Positions 11,608-25,639 of a stretch of 64,000 nucleotides of DNA are shown here, piece by piece; position 1 is the first letter of the stretch, and every line of letters begins with the position of its first letter. Both the position numbers and the translations under genes were made by a program. This DNA comes from Bispira polyomma. Lineage: Eukaryota. Below the pieces are notes generated by a model. That model searched no databases, had not been told where the DNA came from, and worked only from the letters and a program-made list of their open reading frames with translations. The stretch is from NCBI GenBank assembly GCA_965649765.1, contig OZ287750.1, positions 51,336,001 to 51,400,000 of the forward strand, read 5' to 3'.

Positions 11608-14204
11608 AATATATATATGTACCAAATTAGTTGACAATAACTCATGCTCCTTATGTTTCTACCTTTAGCCACCCACTCAGCTATTAAGTTCGTCTTTCTA
11701 CTTAACTTAAGGGTTGTCTTTAAAATAAAACCCACCTCCCAGAATATTTAATAACTCATTCTGACCAGATTACATCAAATAGTATGGGGGTAGGCACCCT
11801 CTACCACCTTTTGATTTAAATCTGTCTTTTACCATTCACCCTGTTTCCCTCTATAAATCCCAAGAACACCGTCCCATTTTTTTAATTCTATGCTGACGTC
11901 ATGAGTCTTTGGGGACTCCAGGTAAAGTAGGGACATTTCTCATAGAAGGACTCCCAACCTTATAACACTAAATCCCCTTCCCCCCCATCCCCTAGCCAGC
12001 ATGCATCTCCCCCTTACCCCAGTAGCAGTACCAGGCACAGGGTTGTGGGGACTAATGGGCCATTGCCCGACCCCTCACTTTATCAACAGTCACCTTCATT
12101 TGCATATAACATCACTATACCTTTTACCTGCCATAGACATCCTGAAGAAGAAAGTCTGTAGATTCCCTGAGCTAGAAGTATTAAGGGTGGTCATCAATAT
12201 AGGGCAGCTATAACACAGAGCATAGCTATGAGTGTTTTAGGTAGTTGATGTAGGAATGATTTACTAAATTGTATATAAAAGTTTAACATTTGCTCAGAGA
12301 TTTATTGCAATAATTACAATACTTTCCTTATTTCCAAGAGAGATTGTATGAAACTGACAATAGACGTATAAATATAGATAGTTGATTTGGGTAAATTACT
12401 TTGACTGTATTAAGTATAAATTTGGTGGATTTATTGGGCTTTGTGGTAATAATATGTAAGTTACCCCCCCCCCCCCCCCCCCCCCCAACAAAAAAAAACA
12501 CTAACAACTACACCATTCATCTCAGGATAAACGTTGATGCATATATCTTCCACTTATAAGTTTCTAAAACGAATAATTCATTTGTAATATTTGCCTAAAC
12601 TGGGTACTAATTTCTCCGTTTCTTAAATCAGAAAGCAGCATTAGGTTTAAGTGATAACTTAAAATGAATATTTTTAACAGTGATTTGATGCATGAACCCT
12701 GAATATAGCTAGATGGGATTATGCACATATCTTATACTCTTTACAAAACTGTTACTTTTGAAGTTAAAAAACCATATTTCCATCTCCAATTTTACTCCCC
12801 AGTATAAAGACACCGTTTTCTAGATGAGACCATTTAGCCCATTATTAGTAGCAGTAGGTGCCAGCCAACAGTTGAGTTTTTAGAAGCTATGTGATGCTGC
12901 TATATGATGAGGGTGGGCCTGACCCCCTCTATACAGACCCACTGACCCGAGTGTGTGGGGGGAGAGGGAGATCTCCTCCACCCCCTAGACACACCAGTGA
13001 CCTGACTGATGGATGGCCGGACATGGTAAGCTGACACACTACTAGTCGGTGAAAACCATTTGAGCCACTCTGCTAATGGCTGACAAGGTAAACTTGGATG
13101 AGACCTGCTCACGCAAAACTCAACTGGTTTATTTAGTCTAGTAGTAGTCTGTATCTGAGGCCTCCCTCCCCCCTCTACCTGTCCCCTTCCCTAAAGTGTG
13201 TGTGTCCCCCACTCTGGCGACAAATTACTATTCCAAGGTAAGGTGACTAAAGAGGCTTATTAATTCCAGTTGTATTCCTTTCTCTGGTTGTTGGTGTCTT
13301 AAAAATGAGAGAATGCCAATTTGGTAACTGTTGATTTCTTATGGACAGGCTCCTCCACCATCCTACCCCTTCATGCAAAGAAGGGGACAGAGATATCAAT
13401 GTAATTTAAGTTTAGTTTTTTTTGTGGTACAAAACAATATTTGAACTCAATTCCACTCTTCCAAGTACTAAATTCACTTAATTTATTGACCTTACTGAAT
13501 ATATTGTAGTGTCTTAGTAAACGGCAAACTATAACAAAAATGTGTAATAACTCCTAGAAAACTGTTATTATTAATAAAAGAAGCCAAGGTCTAAGGCGAA
13601 GATAAAGAGGATGAGGTGGTTCTGGAAGGAGTAATTTCCATTAATGATCTGGTAAATATAATTAGCAGGGTGCTATTGTTTGTGGATCTCTCAGCAGATT
13701 TCATAAGGAAGCTGGGATGAAGGAGGTGGATGCCAATAAAAAGACACAGACAAGTGTCTTATCAATTGTGGCCATATGTCGCCGTCCCCACCAACCCCTC
13801 TCCTACTGATGGTTGTGTAGTGTCTTCTGCTATCTCTACTGGCCATATAGAGATCATATCCTGAAACCAGAGCTTCTGCAGGAATACACAGCACTCCAGA
13901 CGAGGGTACACGGGAAATAGGGGAGCGGAATACTCGGATCTTATTCTGAAAACAGAGGTTTTCTAAGAATACAATACTTCTGTCCATGTAGAGTGAAAAT
14001 AGGGAATCGTACCAAAAAACAAGAGGTTTTCTGTCGGGATATATCGGGGACGGGGGTATAGTGGAATTAAGGGAGTGGAATACTGAGATTGCATTAGTGG
14101 ATGAGATAACAATTCTGTCAGTTTATAGGAAAAGGTGGTGATTGAAGGGAGAGAAGCCACATTAAATATGGGAGCAGAAGAATTGAAATAGCATAGACAT
14201 AGTA

Positions 14205-14312
14205 ACTAATGTAAGACGTTATCCCCCAGTCACCAGTATGGCTTTGCTAGGAGTCAAACAGTGACCTTCTGATCAACAGACTATAACTCTCGACCCACTC
14301 GGTTACAAGGGA
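14205..14312 (-). mobile_element. tRNA-derived SINE head, family B
   Basis: The minus strand reads TCCCTTGTAACCGAGTGGGTCGAGAG..GATCAGAAGGTCACTGTTTGACTCCTAG, similar to the copies at 6046 and 19480. Confidence 0.5.
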
Positions 14313-15199
14313 CCACTCATATATATATACATTGGATAACCATGGTAAATGTATAGATATAGATAAAAGGCACTGTGGGCCACTAATTGGGTTCAATGTG
14401 TTCATTCAAATTCAGTTTCAGTACAGTTTCAAATCATTCTTCCAAAGATGCCAGTTACTCAGAAATGATTATCCAGCTGACAAGAACCAATGCCAACGAT
14501 TTTTTTCTGTTATTTCTGCCACGATGTAAACCAACTCCATTCTTATCTAAAAAAGACAACACTTTTGTAAACCCAGGAAGTAACTATCAGAGGCAAAATT
14601 TAATGGGGAGCAACCTATGGATGGCTTTAAAGATAACAATACTGTAGTTAAAAAATAAGGTCATACAGGCATCAGCATCCTGTAAGATAAACCTATAGAC
14701 AGTATTTCGGTGATTGTAGCATGCGTCACAAAATTTCCAAAATGCTTCCATAGTTTGATTAAAGCAGAAAATGAATGGTAAACTTCCTAGATGAGACAAT
14801 CCAAAATATTAATATATTACCAAAGCTTGGCATTTCATTATAAACTTTTTTAAACATAGGTTCTTTTATTATCTTCTTTGTAAACGCTTTCTATACACTA
14901 AACACATTTGCTATAGACTCTTGAATAATTGTGGAAAAATGTACGTAATTCATCTTAGTAATTCATATTTTACTCAAGTATTCCCTAAAATTCCATTCCT
15001 GACATATACCCGTATAAGACTAGAGTGAGCTTGTAGACTCAGAAGATACAGCCTAGCGATTAATACTTTCACTGAAGTATCCCTAATGTTCTATTCTCAA
15101 AACTTACAAGTACCAAACTGAGCTAATTAGTAGAACCAGCAGATACATCTTTGTCTTCAGTTTGTTTATAAAATTATATCCTAAAGAACAGATCAAGCA

Positions 15200-15716
15200 T
15201 ACACGACAGTTAGCCAGTAAAATGACCAGATACATCTAAGTTGTTCCCTAATGTTCCATTCTTGACAAATGCCTGTAAAAGCCCCTACAGTTAACCAGTA
15301 AATGAGCAGAATAAGGCTAAATTGCATCCTAATGTTTCATTCCTAACAATTTGTAGCACACACTACCGTTTTGCCAGTAAAATGAGCAGAATAAAGCTAA
15401 ATTCTACCCGAATATTGTATTCCTAGCAATTACCTATATCACACACACTACAGTTAGTCAGTAAAATGAGTAGATACATTTAAATTCCAACCTAATGTTC
15501 CATTCCTAACAAATACCACACACACTACAGTTTGCCAGTAAAATGAGCAGTTACATCTAAATTCCAACCTAATGTTCCATTCCTAACAAATACCTGTACC
15601 ACACACACTACAGTTAGTAAAATTAGCAGATACACCAGAATTGCACCCTAATGTTTCAGTCCTCATAAATACATGTACCACACACTATACGGTTCGCCGG
15701 TAAAATGAGCAGATAG
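15200..15716. repeat. Minisatellite, ~75-85 bp unit, ~6-7 copies
   Basis: Recurring CAGTAAAATGAGCAGA..CTAAATT..CCTAATGTTCCATTCCTAACAA..CACACACTACAGTT. Confidence 0.9.
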
Positions 15717-17194
15717 CTGAACACACAAAAGACGTAGGTGAGCACTTGTCATCTCCCCCTGACGACAACTGTCACCTTCCTTTTATCATGTCTTATCTCT
15801 GACTCTCCAGTCAGACTGGGGCCCCTGGTATAATATTTACACACCTTCCTCGCTAGCCTCTCCTCATCACTGTTTTGCCAGCTACTCTCAGAGGAGGAGG
15901 ATGGGAATGGGGCTGGGTGATCACATGACCTCCAGGGGTCAAGCCTCCTCTAGCAGAGCAAAGTAGCAATCCAGACAGCAGCTTTATGGAGATGAGATAC
16001 TGGCCTTTTATATAATTAATACAGATAAAGCATTTATATTAATACAGAGATAAAGAGAAAGTATGAGGGGGAGGGAGGGGGGGGGGTTATATTGCCTACG
16101 TCACAGGGGGGTTTCTATAACAGAGACTTAGCATTAATTTAAGGTGCTCTTGTATAGGAAAACTTATAGAATAGGGTTATTGATATTGGAAGTATTAAAG
16201 TAAATTGACTAAATTAAGTAGTAATAAAGTATTAATATCTACACCAGGTGATGGATTTATGGTTATTGTTTTAATGAGAAAACACAAGAAAAGACATGCA
16301 AACTCTTAATAAGGATGAGAATTACTTTGAAACTTGAAGAAGTTATCAATTTAGTGACCAAAAAAAGTCTTTTTAAAATAAGAGTCTTTGAGTGCTCTAA
16401 GCAGGCTTTCAAAAGGGTTTTGTTTTTTACATTTTTTTTCAGAAATCTGAAGTACTCATTTTGTCTTGTGCAAGGAAAGATATTGTCACTTCTTCTGCAT
16501 TATCACTGTCGGTAAAGTAGTTATGACATTTTTTCATTGCAAAGTACTTAGGTTTATAATATCGCATTGCAGTGTGTACACATATTTGACTTAACTAATC
16601 CTCCAAATATTAATAGATTTTTTTCAATTGATAAATTATATGATTTTTTTTTATCATAAAGCATTAATCTCTACAAAATATATATCCTCCCAAGTTCTGA
16701 TGCAATATGTATATATTGACATACAAATTACCTCCTCTTTAAATCCTACTTTTACTTCTGCTTAAAAAAATATAGTACTAAATTCCTCCTTTAACTGTAT
16801 TTTTTCTTCTGTATAACACAACAAAGGAAACCATTTGCAAAAGGCAACTGTGAGCAATATCAGTAAATAAGAAAAAAAGGAATTTCTGGTTTATCAAAAA
16901 TCGGAGGGGCAAGTCTGCAATTGTCTATTGATTACAAAAATGTAGGTTAAAGAGGGGCCAACTTTGATGTGATATAGAATATCCCCGAATTCTCCCCAAA
17001 TTACTGAACAATGTCTGATGCATTACTCAGACAGCTCATGTTTAATTGTGCAGGTTGTTATTTTATGCCACAATTTCTTAATACCATATTTTTTTATAAA
17101 AAGAGAAAAATTGTTCACTGCTGGGGAAAACCGAGTGTTTGATATGACACAGTGTCAAAGATAAGAGAGTAGTTAGCCTGGATAGGCTCTGATT

Positions 17195-17360
17195 ATGGGG
17201 AACTAATAATAAATAATAAAATAATATCTGATCATTGGAAACAAACAATAAATAATATCTAATCATTGGAGCCTAATAATAAATAACATCTAAATATTGG
17301 AAACAAATAATAAATCATAAAATTATATCTAATCATTGGAGACTAATAATAAAATAATAC
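17195..17360. repeat. AT-rich minisatellite, ~30-40 bp unit
   Basis: Recurring ATATCTAATCATTGGA..AATAATAAAT. Confidence 0.8.
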
Positions 17361-17754
17361 CAACTTTCAACATTTATTGTTTTTTTTTTTACAGTTGAAC
17401 CATTGAAAAAAGTATGAAATTTCAATAATACTAATCATCAATATTACATTTTTCAAAAGGAATTTATACCTTTAATGTGATTTGAGATGATGCTTTACTA
17501 AATTATTCATTGCCTACATCAAATGTTAACCTTTTGATTTGAAAAAAAATGTTTTTAAAGCTTTACATTTATGTATCGAAACAGAGCTGATACTCTTTGG
17601 CATAATTTATTGGTAGATGGGTACATTTGGCATTCCTACATATATATATCCAATAAGTATTAATAAGCTATTTTAACGGCTCTGAATATTGTATAACTTT
17701 TTGAGCCATCAGTATTTCGCCAATCCTCCTTCAGGTGTGTTATCCACAACCATA

Positions 17755-17804
17755 TTTTAAGCTTGGCTGCCAAACTTAGGATCCTAATTTGGGTTCCAAC
17801 AGTG
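17755..17804. mobile_element. TIR fragment of the 10345-11607 transposon family
   Basis: GGCTGCCAAACTTAGGATCCTAATTTGGG..CCAA matches 11534-11562 and the terminus of that element. Confidence 0.75.
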
Positions 17805-19095
17805 AGTAACACTTTATGAATAGTTATTATGGAAAATGACTACACAAAACTCTTATCAGCAAGGCTAGCACATCCTGAATAAGTCACATCTTGTCAGGAT
17901 CAATCCCGGACACAACCCCCCCCCCCTTCCATCCCCCCTTCCCGGTGGAAGGAAGTCTCCACTGATTACTGCATATCTTGTTTGAACAGATAGCAAATTG
18001 TTGGGTCGTGATTCAGAAATATTATCTATTTGCCTGTTTACATATGCACGCAGTTGTATGTTTTCTGCTTATTTAAAGTGTCGAACCAAAACGGAAAACT
18101 GAACTACAAATGATAGTGTTTTTTTACGAGGGGGCGGAGGGTGGGGGTGGGGGGGGGATACAAAGAGGAGTGTAGAAAAAATAGGCTACATTTTCTAGGA
18201 AACATTTCATTCAGCCCATGGTAATATTGATATCGAGGAAGTTAATAAAATTAGGCCTAGCTCCCACTTCAGCGATTTTGAATCAAGATCCTAATAGGAT
18301 ACTAAAACCTTGTGGATTATCGGTGATCGCCCCGTGATGGTGTTTTAAATGACTTGAAAAGACTTAAGTTGTGTCCAATATGATAATACGCAAGCCAGGA
18401 CAAACCAATGTGTCAATTTAGTTTTAAATTACATTTCTGCAATAGGTTACTTACAGCTGGGCCTTGAGTTGATCATGCATTGCTATTTATTGCAAGGATC
18501 GCACACTAGTTGGATCAGGATTGCCCATTGTACCGATCATCGCATATTTCACAATCGTGAAAAGAACATGCTAGTTGCAGAAAGAACGAGTTGTAGTCAA
18601 GTTAGGGTGAGTTAAAAATACAACTTGCAAACAATCAATTATTAAACTTAAGTTACCCTAAATTAAGTCCGACCAGTGTATAAAAGCCTAGATCACCTGG
18701 AAGTCACCAGCAATGGTCGTGATGGTGGGACTAGGCCTAAATAAAGGAAGATGGATTCCTTATCATACCTTTTGATTATCTATGGCTTTCAACCGATAAC
18801 AAGAAGTTTTTGTTGAGAAGTCTTAATGCTTGAGTTGAGCTTATTACTTTTATTGGCATTCATGACTTCATGCAAAGAATGTTATAACTCAATTTATTCC
18901 CCATTTTGAAGGATTAACACATTGGAGATTTATCTTTTTGACAAGATAAACATACCTTGGAATTAAAAGGAGTATCTGGTGATATATAGCTTATAACCTA
19001 TAACCCCAATATTTGACAATGTATGCACTTTTTTGGGGTGAATGCAATAGTTTCAACCAAAATATCCATCCTAATACAAGTCAAAGTTTCCTAAA

Positions 19096-19320
19096 ATTAC
19101 CTGCGTCAGAGATGTTATGTTTTTGCCCTGTTGGTTTGTTGGTTCTCACAAAGATTACACAGAAACAATAGAACCAATTTACATGAAATTTGGTGGATTC
19201 ATATAGAATTGGACAAGGAATAACACATTAGATTTATAAGTGGATTCAGTTAAAATGGCTCATCTGGGGTTTTGTTACTATGCACACTTAGCAGAGGTAT
19301 GTGCTCTACCTAGTATACGT
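19096..19320 (+). mobile_element. Degenerate HINE/Helentron-type non-autonomous element
   Basis: TTACCTGCGTC..GTTATGTTTT start, (GTTT/GTTG)n microsatellite, ACCAATTTACATGAAATTTGG, and a 3' GCAGAGGTATGTGCTCT subterminal/palindrome region. This is the DINE-1-like layout. Confidence 0.65.
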
Positions 19321-19479
19321 TTGGTCTATTCTATTTCAGTTCCTTCAATTTAAATTTTCCTTCTATTTCTTCTTGATATATAACTAAGCATGAGGTTTAA
19401 GCTTGAAAAGCAATGAGGTGGGATGTAGCTGTAGTATGGATTTCGTCAGAAAGGGGGACTAATGCCACTACTGACACAA

Positions 19480-19780
19480 GTAGCCAAGTGGTTAGGGAGT
19501 TTGTTTGGTGATAAGAATACCCCTGTTTACCGTTGGTTGGGGGGTGGTCTGGAGATCAGAATGTCCCTGGTTCGACTCCTGGCTAAGGAGGTGGTCTAAT
19601 GATAAGATAGTCCTCGGCTTGACTCCTGATAACACAACAATGGCCACTGAAGGAAAGCATGCTTTGTTAAATGTCTGCCGATGAATGCCAAATGATCTAA
19701 TGTATTAGCATTGTGATTAATAGTTTAGTGATTCTGATGTTGTGTTTCAGAAGATACCTGACCAATAAGGACAAATTAAA
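19480..19780 (+). mobile_element. tRNA-derived SINE, family B, with a duplicated head
   Basis: TAGCCAAGTGG A-box and GATCAGAATGTCCCTGGTTCGACTCCTGG B-box; the body resembles 6120-6290. Confidence 0.65.
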
Positions 19781-22312
19781 ACTATAAAATACAATATACC
19801 CAAATATAATATATTCACCAAACTTTAACTTTTGTCTCATTTCTGATAATTATAAACCTCAACAGCTGGGTATTCTTTCTTATTTTTGCCTTTGCCCTAA
19901 AACTATTTATCTAATATGGGCAATATTTTCTTATTTAAATAATGTTGTCACAAGTGAACAATAACTAATGTAACTTAGCTAGGTTGTCTGTTATATATTA
20001 TACTGTATACTAATTAGTATAACATCAATGTCCCCATATATTATTGGTAAACCAATCATTGTGGCAACATACCTTCCTAGAAGTTCCATATGCGGTTTAC
20101 AGAGCAGGTGTGTTCTCTTTTTTTTTGGGGGGTGGGGGGTGGGGTGGGGGGAAAATATTAACTTCAACCTACTGTATTTTATAAAAAAAACCTAACATTG
20201 GGCTAAAGATCAGCCTTAGAGATCATCATATCAGAAAAATGAGTAAGGGTACAGGTGTCTTAGATTAAAAGGTAAAAAAAACACGAAACAAGCCACAATG
20301 TATGCTAGAGACTGTGGTGGAAGAAATACATCTTGATGGAGTATTAAGTTATAAGCTGGAAACAGCCTTATCATAACTCACTCGAAACTCGGCTTCAATT
20401 CTATCAAATTGTTGGTGACTCAAAGTTTTATCTTAATTTCCTAATAAACACTGGCGACTCAAAAAAATGGAAGCATAATGAAAAAAATGGCTACATTAAA
20501 AAAGGGTCAAAATTCTCCTGAAGTTTATATTGCAAATACAAAAAAATGATGAAGATAATAATGCAAAATCCAGGTTTTTCTGTTGGGTTTTATTGCTTCT
20601 GTAATCCATACACCTTTTATCTGGTGATGTAATATTCTTTCTTTTAACCTCTTTTAAATGGTCGTTAGCCGTGTGTTTACAGTGTCAAAAGTGAAAGAGA
20701 AGTATTTATGTTTTTTTTCTCAAATAATGCACTTAAACAAGAAGCAAAACAGGAACATAAAAGTTTCAATGTTTACCAACTTCTAGTAGTATTTTGACAC
20801 TATTCCAAGTACACTATGTAATGAATTATTACCCATAGCACCTCTTCTTGTTAAAGTGTAAAATACTTTCATTTGTTAAACTAATTTGGGGTTTTTCTTT
20901 TTTCACTTTATAAATTTATATTATTAAATTGTCCAATAATTACTGACTTTAAAAAAAAATAATTCCTTCCCTTTTGTGATCACTGCATAAAAGTACACCC
21001 TGTTTTTTTGTACAATATAGATATAAATATATATACCACACAAAAACACCTATATAACTCATGTGACCATTTTCATATTATCTCAATAAAGAATAGAGAT
21101 TATCAATTTCCGCTTTTTAACACTAATATTATAAACAATATGACACTACTGGTTTTTTCTTTATTTTTTTTTTTTTTCACTTTTTTTATAAGCTCTTAGT
21201 TTGGGATGGATGTATATTTAACCCCCACAAAAGAAAAGAATCCAAATGTGTTCAATAGCACTCTTCCTTCCTCATTTTATATAGAATCTACTAGAAAAAT
21301 ATCTTTTAAAAACAATTGAAAAGATGTCAGTCCTCTTGTCTTGTTATTTAAAAATCCCCCCTAAAACATTATAAGAGATGTGTGAAGGTTGTGCTTTGAT
21401 TACAAACAGGGGCAGGTAAGATCAATAGAGAAGACTACTATACTGAGAGATGGGGTGTGGTAGGGAGAGGGGGTGGTGGGGTGGGGAGTGTTAAGGAGGA
21501 CACGCAGTGTGAGAAGGGTTCAGTCAGTCCACATAGTCACCTCTGTAAACCACCCCTCTCTTCTTGTATTATAGATATATGTATTTAGTCAATAGGCAGC
21601 CTTTATATTACTGAAGTCAGCTGTACATGGATATCATAAGGCACAAGGTGTGGGGAGGAGATAGATGTGATTGCTATTGTTACTACAATTATTGGTAGAG
21701 AGATATCCTGAAGTCACCCTAGAGCTATCCTTGGCAAGGCGCAGAAATGATAGTTTTGTTTAGAACTAGAGTTGCTGTACTCGGAAGGCTTTAATTGTGA
21801 TTGTAAATTATACTTTAACATGGCACACTAAAGGTTGGTGGTTTGCATAGCAGAAAACCTTGACCAAATAACATTGCTCTATTTTTCTTTACCACACTTT
21901 CAAACTGACCAATTTTCAGGGATAAATGAGTGTTTGTGATGTTTTTGGTTAGTTTATGTTTTGCGGGATGCTTATAGTCATTATTTCTAATTCTTTGTCA
22001 ACAAAATTGATAACCTATGTGAATGAAAAATATTCTGTCCTTAAATTTCTAATCTGGGCTGCTTGTTCTACGAATTGCACTAAGTTATAAACACATGTGT
22101 CCACTAAATATTTGCTGTAAATGTTTGAGCCATCTGTTTACCTTTTCTTTTAAGTAGAGCTTACACCAAAATATTCAACACCAGTTCGAATTTTTCATTA
22201 TTCTACTAATAGAACAATAAAATTAGAATGAAAAATGGTGTATCCAGGTAATAATTGATTTCCTTAAATAACAAAGATGTCCCACATTCCCTTCCTATAA
22301 ATTTTACTTTCA

Positions 22313-22637
22313 GGTCTCTGTAGCTTAGCCGTTAGAGCGTCAGACTTTGGATCTCAGGAATCTGATGGTCCACGTTTGAACCTCACCTTAGGCCTGGAGA
22401 TTGTACCTTGGACAAGGTATTTCACACACAGTTGTCCCTCTCCATCCAGGTGTAAAATGGTTCTACCTGGTGGCTAATAAGTGTTAGTCTATGTGCCGTA
22501 CATGGCACCATGGATAGTATATATGCTTCCTAAGGGAGCTGAGAGTGAAGAATTGGTTAACAAGTGGCTTGGAGTGTAAACTGTGTGCAGCGCTTTAAAA
22601 GAAAGTGCTATATAAATGCAAATTTACATTTATTTTT
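22313..22637 (+). mobile_element. tRNA-derived CORE-SINE, family A, copy 1
   Basis: tRNA-like head with GTCAGACTTTGGATCT, CORE-like CCTTGGACAAGGTATTTCAC..TGTCCCTCTCCATCCAGGTGTAAAATGG, and an L2-type tail GCAGCGCTTT..AAGTGCTATATAAAT. Confidence 0.88.
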
Positions 22638-25600
22638 TCAGACATGTCAATTTGCGCCATGTAAGGCTAGATGTAGAGCCAATACCCCCCCCCCCCCCGC
22701 CTTCACTGGTAACAAAACTGGAGCAGAAGTTTGAAGGAAACCACAACAGAAGCTGGCCCTTCTGATGAACAAAAGTCAGTGGTGTTATGATGAGGAAAAA
22801 CTGTTGATCTTACCAATAACTTGTGGCAGCCAGTGAAGCATGCTAAAGCCTAGGTCACAAACCAGCTTAGTTTTCACTGATGAAAAAGGGAAAAGACTGT
22901 ATAAAAATGAAGCACAATTAATCTAAGTCAATCTTTTCTAAGTCACTCAAATAGACCACTTTACAGTAGTTAAAGTAAGTCAAGCAATGTGCTATTATTC
23001 AGGCTAAGTAATCTTTTAAGATGTAGTAATATATTAAATTAAAGGACATAAATTCTTGCATAAATTATGTTAATATTATATCAATTATTAATTTGATAAT
23101 GGTCATTTTATTTAGCATAAAACTCTATTTTTCTCTCCAGATATATTCCCGAACTTAGAAAGTTAAGTTTTCACTTTCTATTCTATTTCTTGTTTGTTGA
23201 TGTACAGGGGACAGATAAGAAAGAGCCTAGTAGAAGACTAATGAAGGGTGCTAACTCCAGGGTTAAGACCTAAGCTGGGGTTTCATGCGTGCTGCCCTGT
23301 ACCCAGGCTGATGTACCCAATGACTTGTCCGATGGACAAGAAGATGAGCCAGTAACCAAGTACACATACATCTCCTTGACAACACCCCGCCTTGCTCTGG
23401 GAAACTTAAAGTCAGGCTTAAACTCAAATATCCCACACAGTCTAGTAAAATAATATTGAAAAAAATTAATTCACAACAATGCTACCCCACAGCAGGTTAT
23501 AATGTAATTTTTTTATGTAAAATGGAATTGAAAAAAAAAACAACAAAAAAAAAAAAACAACTAAAGAACTGATCCCAAGATCCAAAGGGAAGAGGTATAT
23601 CTAGCTCGATCAATGAATTCAAATGAAGAATGTTAGGAAATTTAAAAAAAAAAAATATAATTTTGAGCAACACTGGTTACCCATATTAACATAAAAATCA
23701 CCCCACATGAGTGATATCGTAAAACGATGAAAATAGGACAAGGTAAATTTTTACCCCGACTGAAGCAAAGGACAATACAGATTTCTATATTACAAGGAAT
23801 GACCTGTCAGACATAGTCATCATCACAACTTCAGTGAGGAACTCGAATATACTACCAGGATGACATATTTGGAGATTATTTTGAATATTAGTTTGACACC
23901 TTCCATAAAAAAAATACTGATCCTTGTTACTCCCGACACTTTTGGATCTGTACAATCGGGAGGAAGATCCAGTAGATGACAACTTTCATGCTTTCACTTG
24001 ATTTTGCCTTGTGTTCGGTTGAGTACAACTTAAAAGTATTTTAATACATCTTCCTGAACTCACACAGACCTGCCTTTGACTAGTCTGACACATTGTGCAC
24101 TAAGTTAGTGACAGATAGTCTTCATTGCAAATGCCCATTTACTAATACATCATATACATAAAACTGTCCTACATGCATATAACACTGATGATATTGCAGT
24201 CCTTTTAAGTCAATGGCAATCAAAACCTGACCAAGAGGGCAAAGGTCAAATTGAAAGGTGATCAGATTTAAAGTAAAGTTCTCTAAGGAAACTGAAGCCG
24301 AAGCAAAGATTAAATTTTACATGCATGTGTCAAATAAAATCTGGATAAAAGGATGTTAGAAAAAAACAGAGATTTATCAAACATCTTGTCAGCAATACAA
24401 GCCTTATTGTGAAACAAATCATATCAATTTTCATTGTTTTATTTAATTTTTCAGGAAGATAGGGGGGGGGGGGGGTAAACAAAACAGGAGGAAATATTTG
24501 AAGGTGTAAAGTATGTGAAGTGAGTATCGGGAGGTTTGTCCAAGCCTTGTCCTTGTTTGGGTTCACTTTACCACAACCTGTCCACATAAACCACAGCTTT
24601 AACACTTTACAAACTGACTACAGCCGTCCCAACAATACCTTGAAGTGTTGATCAATAATAACCACCCCCTTTTTGCACACAAAAAACTACTACAGTGGTG
24701 TTATTTCTACAAATTGACGAAGAAAACCCCAAAGTAAAAAAGAAATCGCAGGGTTGTCTTCTTTAGGCTTTGGTTTAGACATTATACCTTCCAATAGTGG
24801 AATATTTCTGGCTGTTATTAGCCCTGATGTAGATGATTCCATATCCCAAAATCCTCAACCAACAGTATTTATCCAGATACCATATAGGAATACCATAGTT
24901 TCGTAATGCCATTTGTTATTTATAACTTTCTTCTTGGCTTGAGTCTAAACTTAAGCTGAACTGGTAATTCTGCAATGTAGATGGATCTGTATTAGGCAAT
25001 TTAAGTACTTTACCCCCAGAAAGTACTCATATATTTACAGCAAAAGTAGCCTTTTATCAAGGCTCTCATTAAAAGTCAGTTCTATAATAAATAAATAAAG
25101 CTATGTACTCAAGATTGTATATAGTTATTTACTAGCTTACTGACCCGGCTGCTCTTCTTTTGGTGGCCACCCCATGTTATGGTGTAAGTAAGGTAATGGG
25201 CAACAGCAAGCAGCCGATGTTTATGTTTTCACTACCAGGAGCAAAAAAATGGCCTGGCCTTGCCCGCTGCCTATCGGTGACACTCACATGGAAATAGATA
25301 CTTATAAATCAATGAAACCGATAAAATTGCCATCGGCCATTGGCAGATTGTCTGGGAAAGTTGCTTGGAGGGAAACTCCAAGCTCAGCTCAGATCACGAC
25401 AAACAATTTATTGGTTTTAGGAGAAAACTTTGCATCATCTTTTTAAACTTGCTCACCCAAGCTAAATCATTTCCCGGTCACTTCTTTCATACTATAAGAC
25501 TTGGTTATGTTTTTCGGACTATCTCTCCCTTTTTTATGTTGATGTTTCAATACTCTGTGTTAAGATCCATAATCCATTGAATAATATACATAGAAAGAAA

Positions 25601-25639
25601 GCATGTACCAGGCAAGGTTAGTTGTGAGTTGGGGTTTCT

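Noticed and set aside
17700-17745. Minus-strand CTGAAGGAGGATTGGCGAAA, reminiscent of a Penelope-type minimal hammerhead
   Set aside because: The core is imperfect and stems II and III cannot be formed.
18523-18545. Minus-strand TGATCGGTACAATGGGCA, partly similar to miR-2001 as I recall it
   Set aside because: The seed region differs and no clear precursor hairpin is visible.
22313-22390. tRNA-like sequences at SINE heads (also 27432, 39389, 62460, 6046, 19480)
   Set aside because: No complete cloverleaf or acceptor stem; each continues into a SINE body, so they are not tRNA genes.
22787-22880. ATGATGA...CTGA spacing compatible with a C/D snoRNA
   Set aside because: No terminal stem, no recognisable guide sequence and no established host intron.
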